Part shown: positions 12,188-27,992 of the stretch, piece by piece
How the letters are laid out: each line of letters opens with the position of its first letter
Position numbering within the stretch: the stretch's first letter is position 1
Program-made: the position numbers and the translations under genes
From: the human T2T-CHM13v2.0 reference genome, Homo sapiens
Assembly: GCF_009914755.1 (NCBI RefSeq)
Contig: NC_060948.1
DNA: 64,000 bases
Direction: 5' to 3' (one strand)
Notes under the pieces: generated by a model
The model's database searches: none
The model's input: the letters and a program-made list of their open reading frames with translations, nothing else
Told to the model about the DNA's origin: nothing

Positions 12188-13146
12188 TGTGGAGAAAAGC
12201 AAGAGAGATCAGATTGTTACTGTGTCTGTGTAGAAAGAAGTAGACATAGGAGACTCCATGTTGTTCTGTACTAAGAAAAATTCTTCTGCCTTGAGATGCT
12301 GTGATAGATTAACAAATCTATAACTTTACCCTCAACCCCATGCTCTCTGAAACATGTGCTGTGTCAACTCAGGGTTGAATGGATTAAGGGTGGTGCAAGA
12401 TGTGCTTTGTTAAACAGATGCTTGAAGGCAGCATGCTCATGAAGAGTCATCACCACTCCCTAATCTCAAGTACCCAGGGACACAAACACTGTGGAAGGCC
12501 ACAGGGACCTCTGCCTAGGAAAGCCAGGTATTGTCCAAGGTTTCTCCCCATGTGATAGTCTGAAATATGGCCTCATGGGAAGGGAAAGACCTTACCTTCC
12601 CCCAGCCCGACACCCGTAAAGGGTCTGTGCTGAGGAGGATTAGTATAAGAGGAAGGAATGCCTCTTTGCAGTTGAGACAAGATGAAGGCATCTGTCTCCT
12701 GCCCATCCCTGGGCAATGGAATGTCTCAGCATAACACCCGATTGTATGTTCCATCTACTGAGATAGGGAGGTGGGACATGCAGGCAACAATACTGCTCTG
12801 TAAGGCATTGAGATGTTTATATGTATGCATATCTAAAGCACAGCACTTAATTCTTTACCTTGTCTGTGATGCAGAGACCTTTGTTCCCGTGTTTATCTGC
12901 TGACCTTCTCTCCACTATTATCCTGTGACCCTGCCACATCCCCCTCTCTGAGAAACACCCAAGAATGATCAATAAATACTAAAGGAACTCAGAGGCCAGC
13001 AGGATCCTCCATATGCTGAAAGCTGGTCCCCTGGGCCCCCTTATTTCTTTCTCTATACTTTGTCTCTGTGTCTTTTTCTTTTCCAAGTCTCTCGTTCCAC
13101 CTAACAAGAAACACCCACAGGTGTGGAGGGGCAACCCACCCCTTCA
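12188..13146 (+). mobile_element. HERV-K(HML-2) LTR5 solo LTR (older, CpG-decayed copy)
   Basis: TGTGGAGAAAAGCAAGAGAGATCAGATTGTTACTG...GGGGCAACCCACCCCTTCA, 959 bp, inserted in the HERV-IP integrase C-terminus. Confidence 0.93.
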
Positions 13147-15973
13147 GAAGCATCCTTTTTAAGTGGGTTCAAGCTTCTCCTCCTTCCACCTCTTCTGCAG
13201 ATGAACCAGGTACTTAAGAGTTGGACTTTGCGATAGGAGGCCTTGAGTCCTGAGAGAGGAAATGGTGGAAGACAGACCAAATATATAGTTTTTAAGAAAG
13301 TGATATTTTGTCTTAAATGTAGGAAGGTCAGTAGCAAAATTTAGGTAAGGCACCCTGTAGAGGATTTTTGGGTTATCCTTTTAATAATGAGTGTGGTAGA
13401 CTGGGTCCTATTGTCTGAATCAATATTTTCTATTAGTCCAAACCTGGGTATGATATGTTCTAACAGAGCTTTGACAACATTACTGGCTGTCGCACTTGAG
13501 AAGAGGATGGCATTTACCCAGTGGATAAGATGGTATTTGAGGGAACCTACTGGGGCATTTCAACATAGTCCACTTGGACAATTTTGAATGGCCTTAGCCC
13601 TGGTTTCTTCCTCTGAAAGGTTGCTTCTTTAAGGTTTGCTTATTTTTTTTCTTTTGCACACTATGCATCTATCTGTAACTTGCTTAGTGATGGTATAGAT
13701 CCCCGTACACCTATAAACTCTAAGGACAGCGTCACTCATAGCTTGGGGATCCCAGTGGATTCCTTGATGGAGTTGCGACAGTACTACCCTCATGAGGGTT
13801 TTAGAAAACATTTTCCTTCCATCTAGTAATACCCACTTTCCCCTCTGGGCTTCACTCAGCTCCTAAACTTTTTCTTTAGTTTTTCTTGGTCTGCTTGGGG
13901 AAAGATGGGGATTGCAGCTGGAGGGGGAAGACAGGGTGTTAGGTGGAAAATGGGTACCACCTGGGAAGAGACAGCTTGCTTCAATATTATTTCCCCAGGT
14001 TTCAAAAGTTGGGTTCCTTTGGTGTCCTGGGACATAAACAACAGCCCCATTCAGTCCAGATTTTTCCAATGGTGTGGACTATTCCAAAGGCATATTTGGA
14101 GTCAGTATAGATAGTTCCTTTCAGTACAGATAGTTCCTTCTTGGTTTTGTAGACATTTTAAAGCATGAATGAGTGCAAATAGCTCCCATGTTTGCATCTT
14201 TTAAATCTATTACTGTGAATCATTGGTGGTTGGTTGGGATTCTATCACAGTAGTGTGAGATTAGGAACAACAGGGTGACTGGTTTAAACTATTTGATAAA
14301 TAGCCCAGAGGTCTTGCACTAACTGGTATGACCTCTTTGCCTTCTTTACAGGCAGTATTGGAGTATTATAAGGGGACACACAGGGTTCAAGGAGTCCATC
14401 ATGGAGAAGGCTTTCAATTATAGGTTTTAAACCCATTTTAGCTTTTAAAGGAATAGGGTATTGTTTTCTTTTTACTATTTCCCCAGGAATTTTTAATTTG
14501 TCATGGATTGGACGAACCCACAACTTTCCTTGATTATCTTCTCTTGATCAGATAGTAGGATGGATATACTCTTCATCTATAGTAATGAATAAGTTTAGGG
14601 AGGTTAGAAATTTTCCATGGTTAACACTGAGGCCTAAACCTAATTCTAGCATTAAATTTCTCCCTAATATGTTTGTTCCTGCCTCTGGAATTAACAGAAA
14701 CTTAATATTAGCTGATTTGTTTTCATATATAACTTTTGTTTCTTTTAAGATCTTTGCTTTAAATCCTTTTCTTTTTACTCCTGAGATATGAAGTTCTTCT
14801 AGTGAACAAATTACACAAGATGAGGAATAATAAACAGAGTGAGCCACCCCTGAGTCAATTAAAAAAAGTAATAAGCTCAGAGTTGCATCCCACCTTTAAA
14901 TTTATCAAGGGCTTTTGGTGGGACTTGTCCTAGAAAAGACAGAGCCCCTGACCTCCCTATTCTTCCTCAAAAGCCCTAACTGGGATGACTTCCTTTTCTT
15001 TTTCCAACTTAAGGCATTCTCTTTTAAAGTGACCTATTTTTCCACATTTGAAACACTTGATTTGCCTTTTTCCTGTTTTTATTTCCTGGCCTTCTGGCTT
15101 GATTCTTTTGGCTCCTGTGTAGGGACTGACAGCCAGGTACTTGGAAGGCTTACAGGTTTTATTTCCCTGGGCACCCTTTTGAAGAATCCACCCTGTTGTA
15201 GGGTGGACAGCATAATTTTTGCCTTTTGCTCCTGCCTTTCCTCATGCCTCTATACATATACCTTTTGGGCCTTTCTTTAAAATTCCTCTATCAGACAGTC
15301 TTTCCAATTCTCTATTTTCTGTAATTTTCTTTTAATATCTGGCCAACTATTGGTGACAACGTGGAGTTTTAACATCCCTTGTTCCAGGGATGTTTCTAAT
15401 TTTAGGCCAGCATACTTTATCATATGCTTCTTAAGCCTCTCTAAGAAATCCATTGGTCAATCATCCTTTCCCTGCTGTATATTAAAGCCTTTGGTAATAT
15501 CCTGGGTGTGGGGTACTGATTCTGTAATTCCTTTAATAATCATTTCCCTTAGGTCTGTCATATTTCCTCAGTGGGCTATCAGAGAGAATTTTATTGTCTG
15601 TCTTGCCCTTTTTATTTTCTGCCTTGCTTGGGGTATTTCCCACCCTGGAAGTTTTAGGTGTTTCCCTAAGTTTTCTGAGTCTGTGGGGCTCAACCTCTCC
15701 TACTAGAGATTTCTTGCCTTACCTCCAGGATATCCCTACCACCAAGGAACACTTCACTACCCCCACAGCTTTTCTTACCTTGGTCTGTGCACAGTTACCT
15801 GATCACTGTGGTATCTATTTGTAGGACTTTTCTGCTCACATTGCTGAGAGTCCAGGTTCATTCATCAAGCTAGGTGGGTCTCAATCCCTTACTCCTGAGG
15901 TTACTGCAACAAGGGAATGGGACACTTCTCCTCATGAGAGATGATCAGAGACCCTTCCCTGCAGGAGTATGGG

Positions 15974-15991
15974 ATCCTGGATGAGCCCGCA
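15974..15991 (-). other. HERV-IP primer-binding site (tRNA-Pro)
   Basis: Minus strand TGCGGGCTCATCCAGGAT, 15/18 to the Pro PBS, 3 nt from the LTR end. Confidence 0.8.
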
Positions 15992-15994
15992 ATT

Positions 15995-16476
15995 TGTTAG
16001 AAATAACAGCTCAGTGTCACAAAGAAAACAAGCACTCAGACAAAAGACTTCTCAGCAAGGCAAATTTACTTCTGCAGAAGGGTGCTGCCTGTGTCAGTCA
16101 TGATGGCAAGAGCACACTGAAAACAGGAGGGAAAGGATTTTTATCTTTAATGCATAGTCTCTACTTCTGTGTCACTACCCCATGGCCTGGGGTCAGACCT
16201 CACAATCTAAGCTGACTCAATTGGCTACTTGTGAATATTTTCTCAAATAAGGAAGGAGGGAGGGGAATGTGAGTTACAATTGTGGGATGCATGGTTTCAG
16301 TGGGAGGAATTGGGTGCAGAGTAAGTAACCAAGGGAACAGAAGTGAGTTATTTATTAGTGCTGATGGAAAGATTGTTTACAGTAACTAAGGGCAAGAAGG
16401 CATGAAGAGAAAGAAAGTTAAGTTTGAGAACAAAGAACAAGGAAGTTAACAGGCTAAACTTTTGAAGAGGAATTTT
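15995..16476 (-). mobile_element. HERV-IP 5' LTR (LTR10B-like), outer ~13 bp missing
   Basis: Colinear with the split 3' LTR; stops at GAGGAATTTT where an Alu fragment (~16481-16625, minus) begins. Confidence 0.85.
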
Positions 16477-17057
16477 CGAAGTGGAGTGCAGTAGCATAAA
16501 CACAGCTCACTCCAGTCTTAACCTCCCAAGCTCAAGTGATCCTCCTGCCTTGGCCCCCCATGTATCTGGAGCTACAGGTGCACACCACCTTGCCCAGCTA
16601 ATTTTTATACTTTTTGTAGAGAAGAGGATTTGCTGGTGAGTGGATTGATACAAAGTTGTTTGTCAGAAATTCTGCTTACAGAAATAATATTGATTTGTGA
16701 TTGGCTGTCTCTCATTAGCCATAGGGTGTGTTGTGGTGTCCAGTGTGACATTATTAGGTTAACCTATAGCTACATGTGATGATAGTGAGGAGTTTCAATA
16801 GATGTATACATAGCACAAAGCAGGAACTAGGATATGAATGCTGTCTTCTTTATTAAGGACCTTTATGGGCCCAGTAATTTGAAAGGGCTCAAATTCCTCA
16901 AATAAAAGTATTTCTCTTTCCTGAAAATAACTGAAGTAGTCAAAATCATAGAAATAGAAAATTAGGTGATGTTGCCAGGGCTTAGGGGAGTAAGAAATGA
17001 AAAGATGAGGACACTATGCAACTGTTATGTGTATTTTAACACAACAAAAAAATAGAT

Positions 17058-17358
17058 GGCTGGGTGCAGTGGCTCATGCCTGTAATCCCAGCACTTTGGG
17101 AGGTTAGGCAGATGGAGTGCTTGAGCCCAGGATTTGAAGACTAGCCTGGGAAACATTGCAAAATCCCTTCTCTACCAAAAATACAAAAAAATATGCCAGG
17201 TATAGGGGCATGTGCCTGTAGTGCTAGCCATTTAGGAGACTGAGGTGGGAGGATTGCTTCAGTCTGAGAGGTAAAGATTACAGTGAATACAGGTGGCACC
17301 ACTGCACTCTAGCCTGGGTGACGGGCACTGTCTCAAAAAAAAAACAAAAGAAAAAAAG
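17058..17358 (+). mobile_element. Old Alu (AluJ/S)
   Basis: GGCTGGGTGCAGTGGCTCATGCC, dimer with A-tail, strongly diverged. Confidence 0.85.
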
Positions 17359-17640
17359 GTGAAAATGTGCCTTCCCCTTGTATAGTATGCAAATTACCTC
17401 TAAATAAAGCTGTTATCAAAAAAAGTTATTGACTAAATGGGATGCTTTTTGTTTTTAATGTATGAGCAAGAATATCCTAGCTGTGAATCTCCTCTAAAAA
17501 ACAAAAAAAACAAAAACTGAGCCAAGCACAGTGGGTCATGCCAGTAATCCCAGTACTTTGAGAGACTGAGGTAGGAAGATCCCTTGGGCTGAGGAGTTCA
17601 ATCTCAGCCAAGCAACATAGCAAGACCTCATCTCTGAATA

Positions 17641-17641
17641 A

Positions 17642-17712
<71 letters not shown>
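17641..17712 (+). repeat. Y-STR DYS576, [AAAG]18, formed from the tail of an Alu monomer (~17519-17640)
   Basis: 18 perfect AAAG units counted; flanks contain TTGGGCTGAGGAGTTCAATC (17584) and CTCCAGGAAATGAGACTGCC (to 17778), matching DYS576 primer sites as I recall them. Confidence 0.88.
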
Positions 17713-17713
<1 letters not shown>

Positions 17714-17782
17714 AAAAGCCAAGACAAATACGCTTATTACTCCCATCTCCTCCTTCATCTCCAGGAAATGAGACTGCCATAC

Positions 17783-18141
17783 TGATATGGTTTGACTATG
17801 TTCCCACCCAAATCTCATCTTGAATTCTAGCTCCCATAATCCCCACATGTCATGGGAGGGACCTAGTGGAAGGTAATTGAATCATGGTGTTGGGTTTTTC
17901 CCATGCTGTTCTTATGATAGTGAATAAGTCTGATGAGTTCTGATGGTTTTATAAAGGCCAGTTCCCCTGCACACACTCTCTTGCCTGCCAGCATGTAAGA
18001 CGTGCCTTTGCTGCTCCTTCACCTTCCACCATAATTGTGAGGCCTACCCAGCCACACAGAACAGTGAGCCCATTAGTCCTCTTTTTCTTTATAAATTAAC
18101 CAGTCTTTTTTCATAGCACTATGAAAATGGACTAACATACA
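17783..18141 (+). mobile_element. THE1 (MaLR) solo LTR
   Basis: TGATATGGTTTGACTATGTTCCCACCCAAATCTC...GGACTAACATACA. Confidence 0.88.
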
Positions 18142-18233
18142 CACCCAAAGGTATTAAGTAATAAATTATAATGGATCTTTCTGGTCCTCTTTGCATAGAA
18201 AGATCCAGGAATGACCTCCCATTATGAAAATAC

Positions 18234-19233
18234 TGTCAGAGGCATTTGAACCAGAGTGACTCCATCTTGAATAGGGACTGGGTAAAATGAGGCTGAGCCA
18301 TGCTAGGCTGCATTCCCTGGAGGTTAGGCATTCTAAGTTATAGGGTGAGAAGAGAGATCAACACAGGATACAGGTCACAAGGACCCAGATGATAAAACAG
18401 GATGCAGTAAGAAGCTGTCCAAAACCTAGAAAAACCAAGATGGTGATGAAAGTGACCTCTGGTCGTCCTCACCACTCGTTATATGTTAATTCTAATGCAT
18501 TCACATGCTATAAGGCACTCACACCAGTGCTATGACAGTTTACAAATGTCATGGCAATGTCAGGAAGTTTCCCTATATGGTCTAAAAATAGGAGGAGCCC
18601 TCAGTTCTGTGAGTTGTCTACCCCTTTCCCAAAAAACTCATGAATAATCCACCTCTTGTTTGTCATATAATCAATGTATTAGACTATTTTTACACTGCTA
18701 TGAACAACTTCCCACAACTAGGCAATTTATGAAGGAAATAGGTTTAATTGACTCACAGTTCTTCATGGCTGGGGAGGCCTCAGGAAACTTATAATTATAG
18801 CTTAAGAAGAGGCAGCTCTGTCTTACATGGTGGCAGGCAAGACAGTAGGTGCAAGAAAAAACAGGGAAAACTACATTATGAAAGCATTAAATCTCTTGAG
18901 AACTCACTATCATGATAACAGCATGGGGCAGAGTGCCCCTATGATCCAATCACCTCCTGCCGGGTCCTTCCCTCAACACATAGAGATTATGGGGATTACA
19001 ATTGGAGATGAGATTTGGGTGGGGATACACAGCCAAACCATATCAATCCAGAATGTAAGTATAATCAGCTGAGCATCCTGCCCTGCTGCTGTGCCTATAG
19101 AGTAGCCATTGTTTTATTCCTTTACTTCTTTAATAAACTTGCTCTGACTTTATGAATTTGCTCTGAATTCCTTCTTCCATGAGTTCCAAGAACCGTCTCT
19201 TAGGGTGTGGATAAGGACCCCTTTCTGGTAACA
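18234..19233 (+). mobile_element. MER41B solo LTR interrupted by a THE1-type LTR
   Basis: TGTCAGAGGCATTTGAACC...TTTCTGGTAACA, TSD ATAC on both sides; contains the MER41B segment that normally carries the STAT1 sites. Confidence 0.85.
18675..19045 (-). mobile_element. THE1/MST MaLR LTR nested in MER41B
   Basis: TGTATTAG...AGCCAAACCATATCA; TSD ATCAA/ATCCA. Confidence 0.85.
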
Positions 19234-19751
19234 ATACCAACTAATATTCAGGCCTCTAGGGCCTCTTGCTTCTGGACAGTTAGTCCTTTGGTGCTGCTCT
19301 GAGCTCTCTCTGGTTTTGGCTTTCCCTGTTCCAGGACCCAGGGGAAATAAATAGTGTGTGTGTGGAAAAAAGATGCCTGAGGCTGTAGTGGCATCAGAGT
19401 TTCCATAAATGTCCTGATAGCACAAAGGGTGGAGCAGCAGAGCACTAAAGTGCCAGTAGGTGTGACTGGAACATCACCACTCAGAGACGAAGAGCCCTAC
19501 TGCATAGTAGGATGCAAAAGTATTCAAAACAGATGGTGTTTCTACCCATGTGGAGGCTACAGTCAGTGTCCCCAAGGACGATTATGAGGAGGAATGAGGC
19601 TCCCCAGGAAGTTATAAGTGGCTTTTCTCTCTTTACAGCAGCAGTAGGGAGAATCCAGAGACTAAAGTCCACAACCAGCCACTTGTGCTGTCTATTGAGA
19701 CTGGGGTTTAGAGTCTCAATAGCTCAATGCAGATACTTTCATTACCAGCTT

Positions 19752-20010
19752 TGAAACATTCCCTATAACCTTTATAAAATTAATCACGGAGTAAGAGAAG
19801 GGAGAAAAGAAAATAAAGCAAGCTTGCAGCCCATGCAACTTCATCTTGAGGTCAGCCTGCTCTCTGCCCTGCAACCTCATGGTTGTTTGGTGCCTCTTGT
19901 CTTAAAAGCACATAGATGCTAGATTATAGTTCCCCTTAACTGCTCTGTAGACAACAACTTGAAATTTAGGAAACATAACACTTTCCTTTTGAGATAGTCT
20001 TTCACATCTT
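19752..20010 (+). mobile_element. ERV1 LTR 5' part (LTR26-like)
   Basis: TGAAACATTCCCTATAACCTTTATAAAATTAATC...AGCTTGCAGC...GATTATAGTTCCCCTTAACTGCTC. Confidence 0.5.
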
Positions 20011-20181
20011 GGCTTTTCCCATTGCTATGACCATCACTGTGGCCATTCCTGCATTCTGCACATGCCTGGCTATAGTGATAGTGATAGGAATCTATACAGA
20101 TGATACAATTTCACAGCACTATACACTCACACATATTTTACATAAAACCCATGAACATAATGTAATGTAGTGAAGAGTATT

Positions 20182-20539
20182 TGATATGGCTTTGCTGTGT
20201 GCCCACCAAAATCTCATCTTGAATTTTGAATTGTAGTTCTCACTATTCCCATGTTTTGTGGGAGTGACCTACTGAGAGATAATTGAATTATGGGAATAGG
20301 CATGTCCTTATGGTAGTGAATAAGTCTAATGAGATCTGATGATTTTAAAAGGGATTTACCCTTTTGCTTGGTTCTCATTCTCTTTTGCTTGCCATGATGA
20401 AAGGTGTGCTTTTTGCCTTCCACCATGATTGTGAGGCTGCCCCAGCCACATAGAGCTGTGAGGCCATTAACCTCTTTTTCTTTATAAATTACCCACTCTC
20501 AGGTATGTCTTTATCAGCAGAAGAAAATGGACTAATACA
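20182..20539 (+). mobile_element. THE1 solo LTR inside an old L1M fragment
   Basis: TGATATGG...GGACTAATACA with perfect TSD GTATT. Confidence 0.9.
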
Positions 20540-20954
20540 GTATTGTACCAATGTCAGTTGACAGTTTTGATTATCTGTAATAGTTAAGTATGATGCTATC
20601 ATTGTTAAATCTAAGTGAAGTGTCCACATGAACTCTGTATCATTTTTGCAATAATTTGTGTGTCTTAAAAATTATCTTAAAATAAAAAGTTAAAAACACT
20701 TAATGAAATAAATGATGGGTCCATTCCCAGTCATTGGAATCAGAGAAGAGGAAAATACTAAATCACTATATTCTAAGACTGTTCAACTACAGGAGGACTG
20801 AGTGGGTCAGTCCCTCTGGAAAATTGCCAGAGGTGACCAGTGGAAATTGATCCTGTAGACTCCTTCATTCACAGTATACATTTGGTCTTCTGATCACTTG
20901 AATCAGATATGTGTCAAAACTAAAGCTCATTGGATGTTTATGATGAACTGATAC

Positions 20955-21606
20955 AGCCAATTCTCATTACTCACAGGACTCATTTTATAAAATTGTCAAA
21001 AACACTGAATTCGCTAAGACTGAACCATTGGTACTCATATGAGAAATATGAGGTTAGGTTCCTGTAAGCATCTGGCCACATTTTCATCAAATTATCAACA
21101 CACAGCCTTGTTTTCACTGTGTTTCTACTTAAAAGCACATTGTTTAATACATATTGTTGACTCATTCTCATTGAATGCATGGCCAACAACTCTTACTCCT
21201 GCCTGAACACCTGAAGAAAGTGTCTCTACAACACATATTTTCTTTGTAAGCAATATCACAACCTTCTTGCACTTAGGAACACTAGCTAGCACTTCAGCAC
21301 TATGCTTGGGGTCATTTTAAACAGCAAAATTACCAGCAGAAACAGGCTGCATTTTGCAAAAATGAAAAAAGCATGGCATTCCATAGACCACAGCAAGACA
21401 CTTGTTTACACTATAAGCTGAAATAAGAAAGCAGAGCATTACCTTGTTCAAGCGTAGCCAGAAATGTGCAAACTAGGTAACTCAAATTATTCAATGCTTT
21501 AAATGTTCATGAAAGTGCAATGAGTATTAACTTTCAGTTACAAAGAAATTAGAGCAAGTAGTTGAATTTGCAAAGAGAGAATCTGCAAATGAAGAAGATT
21601 GACTCT
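20955..21606 (-). mobile_element. MER82-like Tigger-family DNA transposon
   Basis: Degenerate TIRs CAGCCAATTCTCATTA / GAAGATTGACTC flanked by TA; about 650 bp. Confidence 0.6.
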
Positions 21607-22562
21607 ACTTGGGTAACCCCCTCAAAATCTTGACCCCTGGCATTTACGCCCTTGTGTATACCTTTCTGTTGAACCAGAGTAGCCCTAGGATATGCTTTAT
21701 CCAGTGCTATATGGCAGAGGGTGGCTGCACTCACCCCGCACTAAGAAGAACTGGAAGTTTCTGCTTTTGCAACATGGAATAAGTCACCTTCTAACTACCT
21801 AACTACTAATTGTAAGAAGCCTGAATTGTTCCTGTGGAGGAGAATCAAGGCCAGGCCAGTCAATAGTCATACTGAGCTTCTGGCCTTCAGACAGCACTCC
21901 TCTGCCAGCCCAATGCATGGGGCATCTTGGGAGTAGAATACTTCAGTCACGCCCAAAATGTTCTGCTTATGTCCCAGGGAGCAGAGAAGTGCTGTGTCCA
22001 CCAAACTCTGCCATGTGGCAGGATTCCAAGCTAATGACTGAAATGGGCATAGTCATAGCCATTTTTCCTCTAGTCTTTCTCTACCTGATATACACCTTGC
22101 TCCTAGGAGATGCTTCCCTTGACTTCTAAGACTGTTTTCCCAAACCCCACTTGTTTTGAAATGCAAATATATGCATTCTCAATGCAAGGGATCTCTTTCA
22201 AGAATTGAAGAACTAAAACAGGATGCCACCCTTCAGCTTTCTTGAAATCTCTTTGGATCAACATCAGCCAAAGAAAAACAGTTACTAAAAGGGTCTGTAT
22301 TTTTCTTTTTTTTTTTCTTGTTTTCTTTTCTTTTTTTTTTTTCTTTTTTCTTTTTTTAATCATACTTTAAGTTCCAGGGTACATGGGCAAAACGTGCAGG
22401 TTTGTTACATATGTATACATGTGCCATGTTGTTGTGCTTCACCCATTAACTCGTCATTTACATTAGGTATATCCCCTAATGCTATCCCTCTCCCCTCCAC
22501 CCACCCCACAACAGGCCCCAGTGTGTGATGTTGCCCTTCCTGTGTCCAAGTGTTCTCATTGT

Positions 22563-26355
<3,793 letters not shown>

Positions 26356-26418
26356 TATGATGTTAGCTGGTTACTTTGCTCGTTAGTTGATGCAGTTTCT
26401 TCCTAGCATTGATGGTCT

Positions 26419-27422
26419 TTATAATTTGGCATATTTTTGCAGTGGCTGGTACCAGTTTTTCCTTTCCATGTTTGGTGCTTTCTTCAGGAGCTCTTGTAAG
26501 GTAGGCCTGGTGGTGACAAAACCTCTCAGCATTTGCTTGTCTGTACAGGATTTTATTTCTCCTTTGCTTATGAAGCTTAGTTTGACTGGATATGAAATTC
26601 TGGCTTGAAAATACTTTTCTTTTTGAATGTTGAATATTGGCCCCCACTCTCTTCTGGCTTGTAGAGTTTCTGCCAAGAGATCTGATGGGCTTCACTTTGT
26701 GGGTAACTCGAACTTTCTCTCTTGCTGGCCCTTAACATTTTTTCCTTCCTTTCAGGTTTGGTGAATCTGACAATTATGTGTCTTGGAGTTCCTATTCTCA
26801 AGGAGTATCTTTGTGACAGTCTCTGTATTTCCTGAATTTGAATGTTGGCATGCCTTGCTAGGTTGGGGAAGTTCTGCTGGATAATATCCTGCAGAGTGTT
26901 TTCCAACTTGGTTCCATTCTCCCCATCACTTTCAGGTACACCAATTGGACATAGATTTGGTTTTTCCATAGTCTCATATTTCTTGGAGGCTTTGTTCATT
27001 TCTTTTTATTCTTTTTTCTCTAAACTTCTCTTCTCACTTCATTTCATTCATTTGATCTTCAGTCACTGATACCCTTTCTTCCATTTGACCAAATTGGCTA
27101 CTGAAGCTTGTGCTTTTGTCACGTAGTTATTGTGCTATGGTTTTCAGCTCCATTAGGTTATTTAAGGACTTCTCTACACTGGTTAATCTAGTTAGACATT
27201 CATCTAATCTTTTTTCAAGGTTTTTAACTTCTTTGCAATGGGTTCAAACTTCCTCCTTTAGCTCAGAGAGTTTTGATTATCTGAAGCCTTCTTCTCTCAA
27301 TTCGTCAAAGTCATTCTCCATCCAGCTTTGTTCCATTGCTGGTGAGGAGCTGCATTCCTTTGGAGGGGGAAAGGTGCTCTGATGTTAGAATTTTCAGCTT
27401 TTCTGCTCTGTTTTTTCCCCAT
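26419..27422 (-). pseudogene. L1 ORF1, disrupted
   Basis: MGKKQSRKAENS start; AETLQARREWGPIFN...YQPLQKYAKL end; frameshifts. Confidence 0.92.
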
Positions 27423-27992
27423 CTTTGTGGTTTTATGTACCTTTGGTCTTTGATGATGGTGACGTACAGATGGGGTTTTGGTGTGGATGTCCTTTCTGTT
27501 TGTTAGTTTTCCTTCTAACAGCACCCTCAGTTGCAAGTCTGTTGGAATTTGCTGGAGGTCCTCTCAAAACCTTGTTTGCCTGGGTATCAGCAGCAGAGGC
27601 TGCAGAACAGGGAATATTGCTGAACAGCAAATACTGCTGCCTGATCATTCCTCTGGAAGTTTCATCTCAGATGGGTACCTGGCTGTGTGAGGTGTCAGTC
27701 TGCCTCTACTGGGGGATGCCTCCCAGTTAGGCTACTCAGGGTTCAGGGACCCACTTAAGGAGGCAGTCTGTCCATTCTCAGATCTCAAACTCCATGCTGG
27801 GAGAACCACTACTCTCTTCAAGCTGTCAGACAGGGACATTTAAGTCTGTAGAGGTTTCTGTTGCCTTTTGTTCAGCTATGCCCTGCCCCCAGAGGTGGAG
27901 TCTACAGAGGCAGGCAGGCCTCCTTCAGCTGTGGTGGGTTCCACCCAGTTCGAGCTTCCCAGCTGCTTTGTTTACCTACTCAAGCCTCAGCA

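Larger units (their letters stand above)
10304..15994 (-). pseudogene. HERV-IP (HERVIP10-type) internal region, heavily deleted gag-pro-pol-env
   Basis: Minus strand: gag zinc knuckle ~15010-15060; RT KQYPIPL...YNTPILPVKK...LVQDL 14284-14523; IN HQGIHW...CIVC 13629-13811; env TM WENRMALHMMLAEKSGVC...CCTFIPNN ~10680-10790. Confidence 0.85.
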
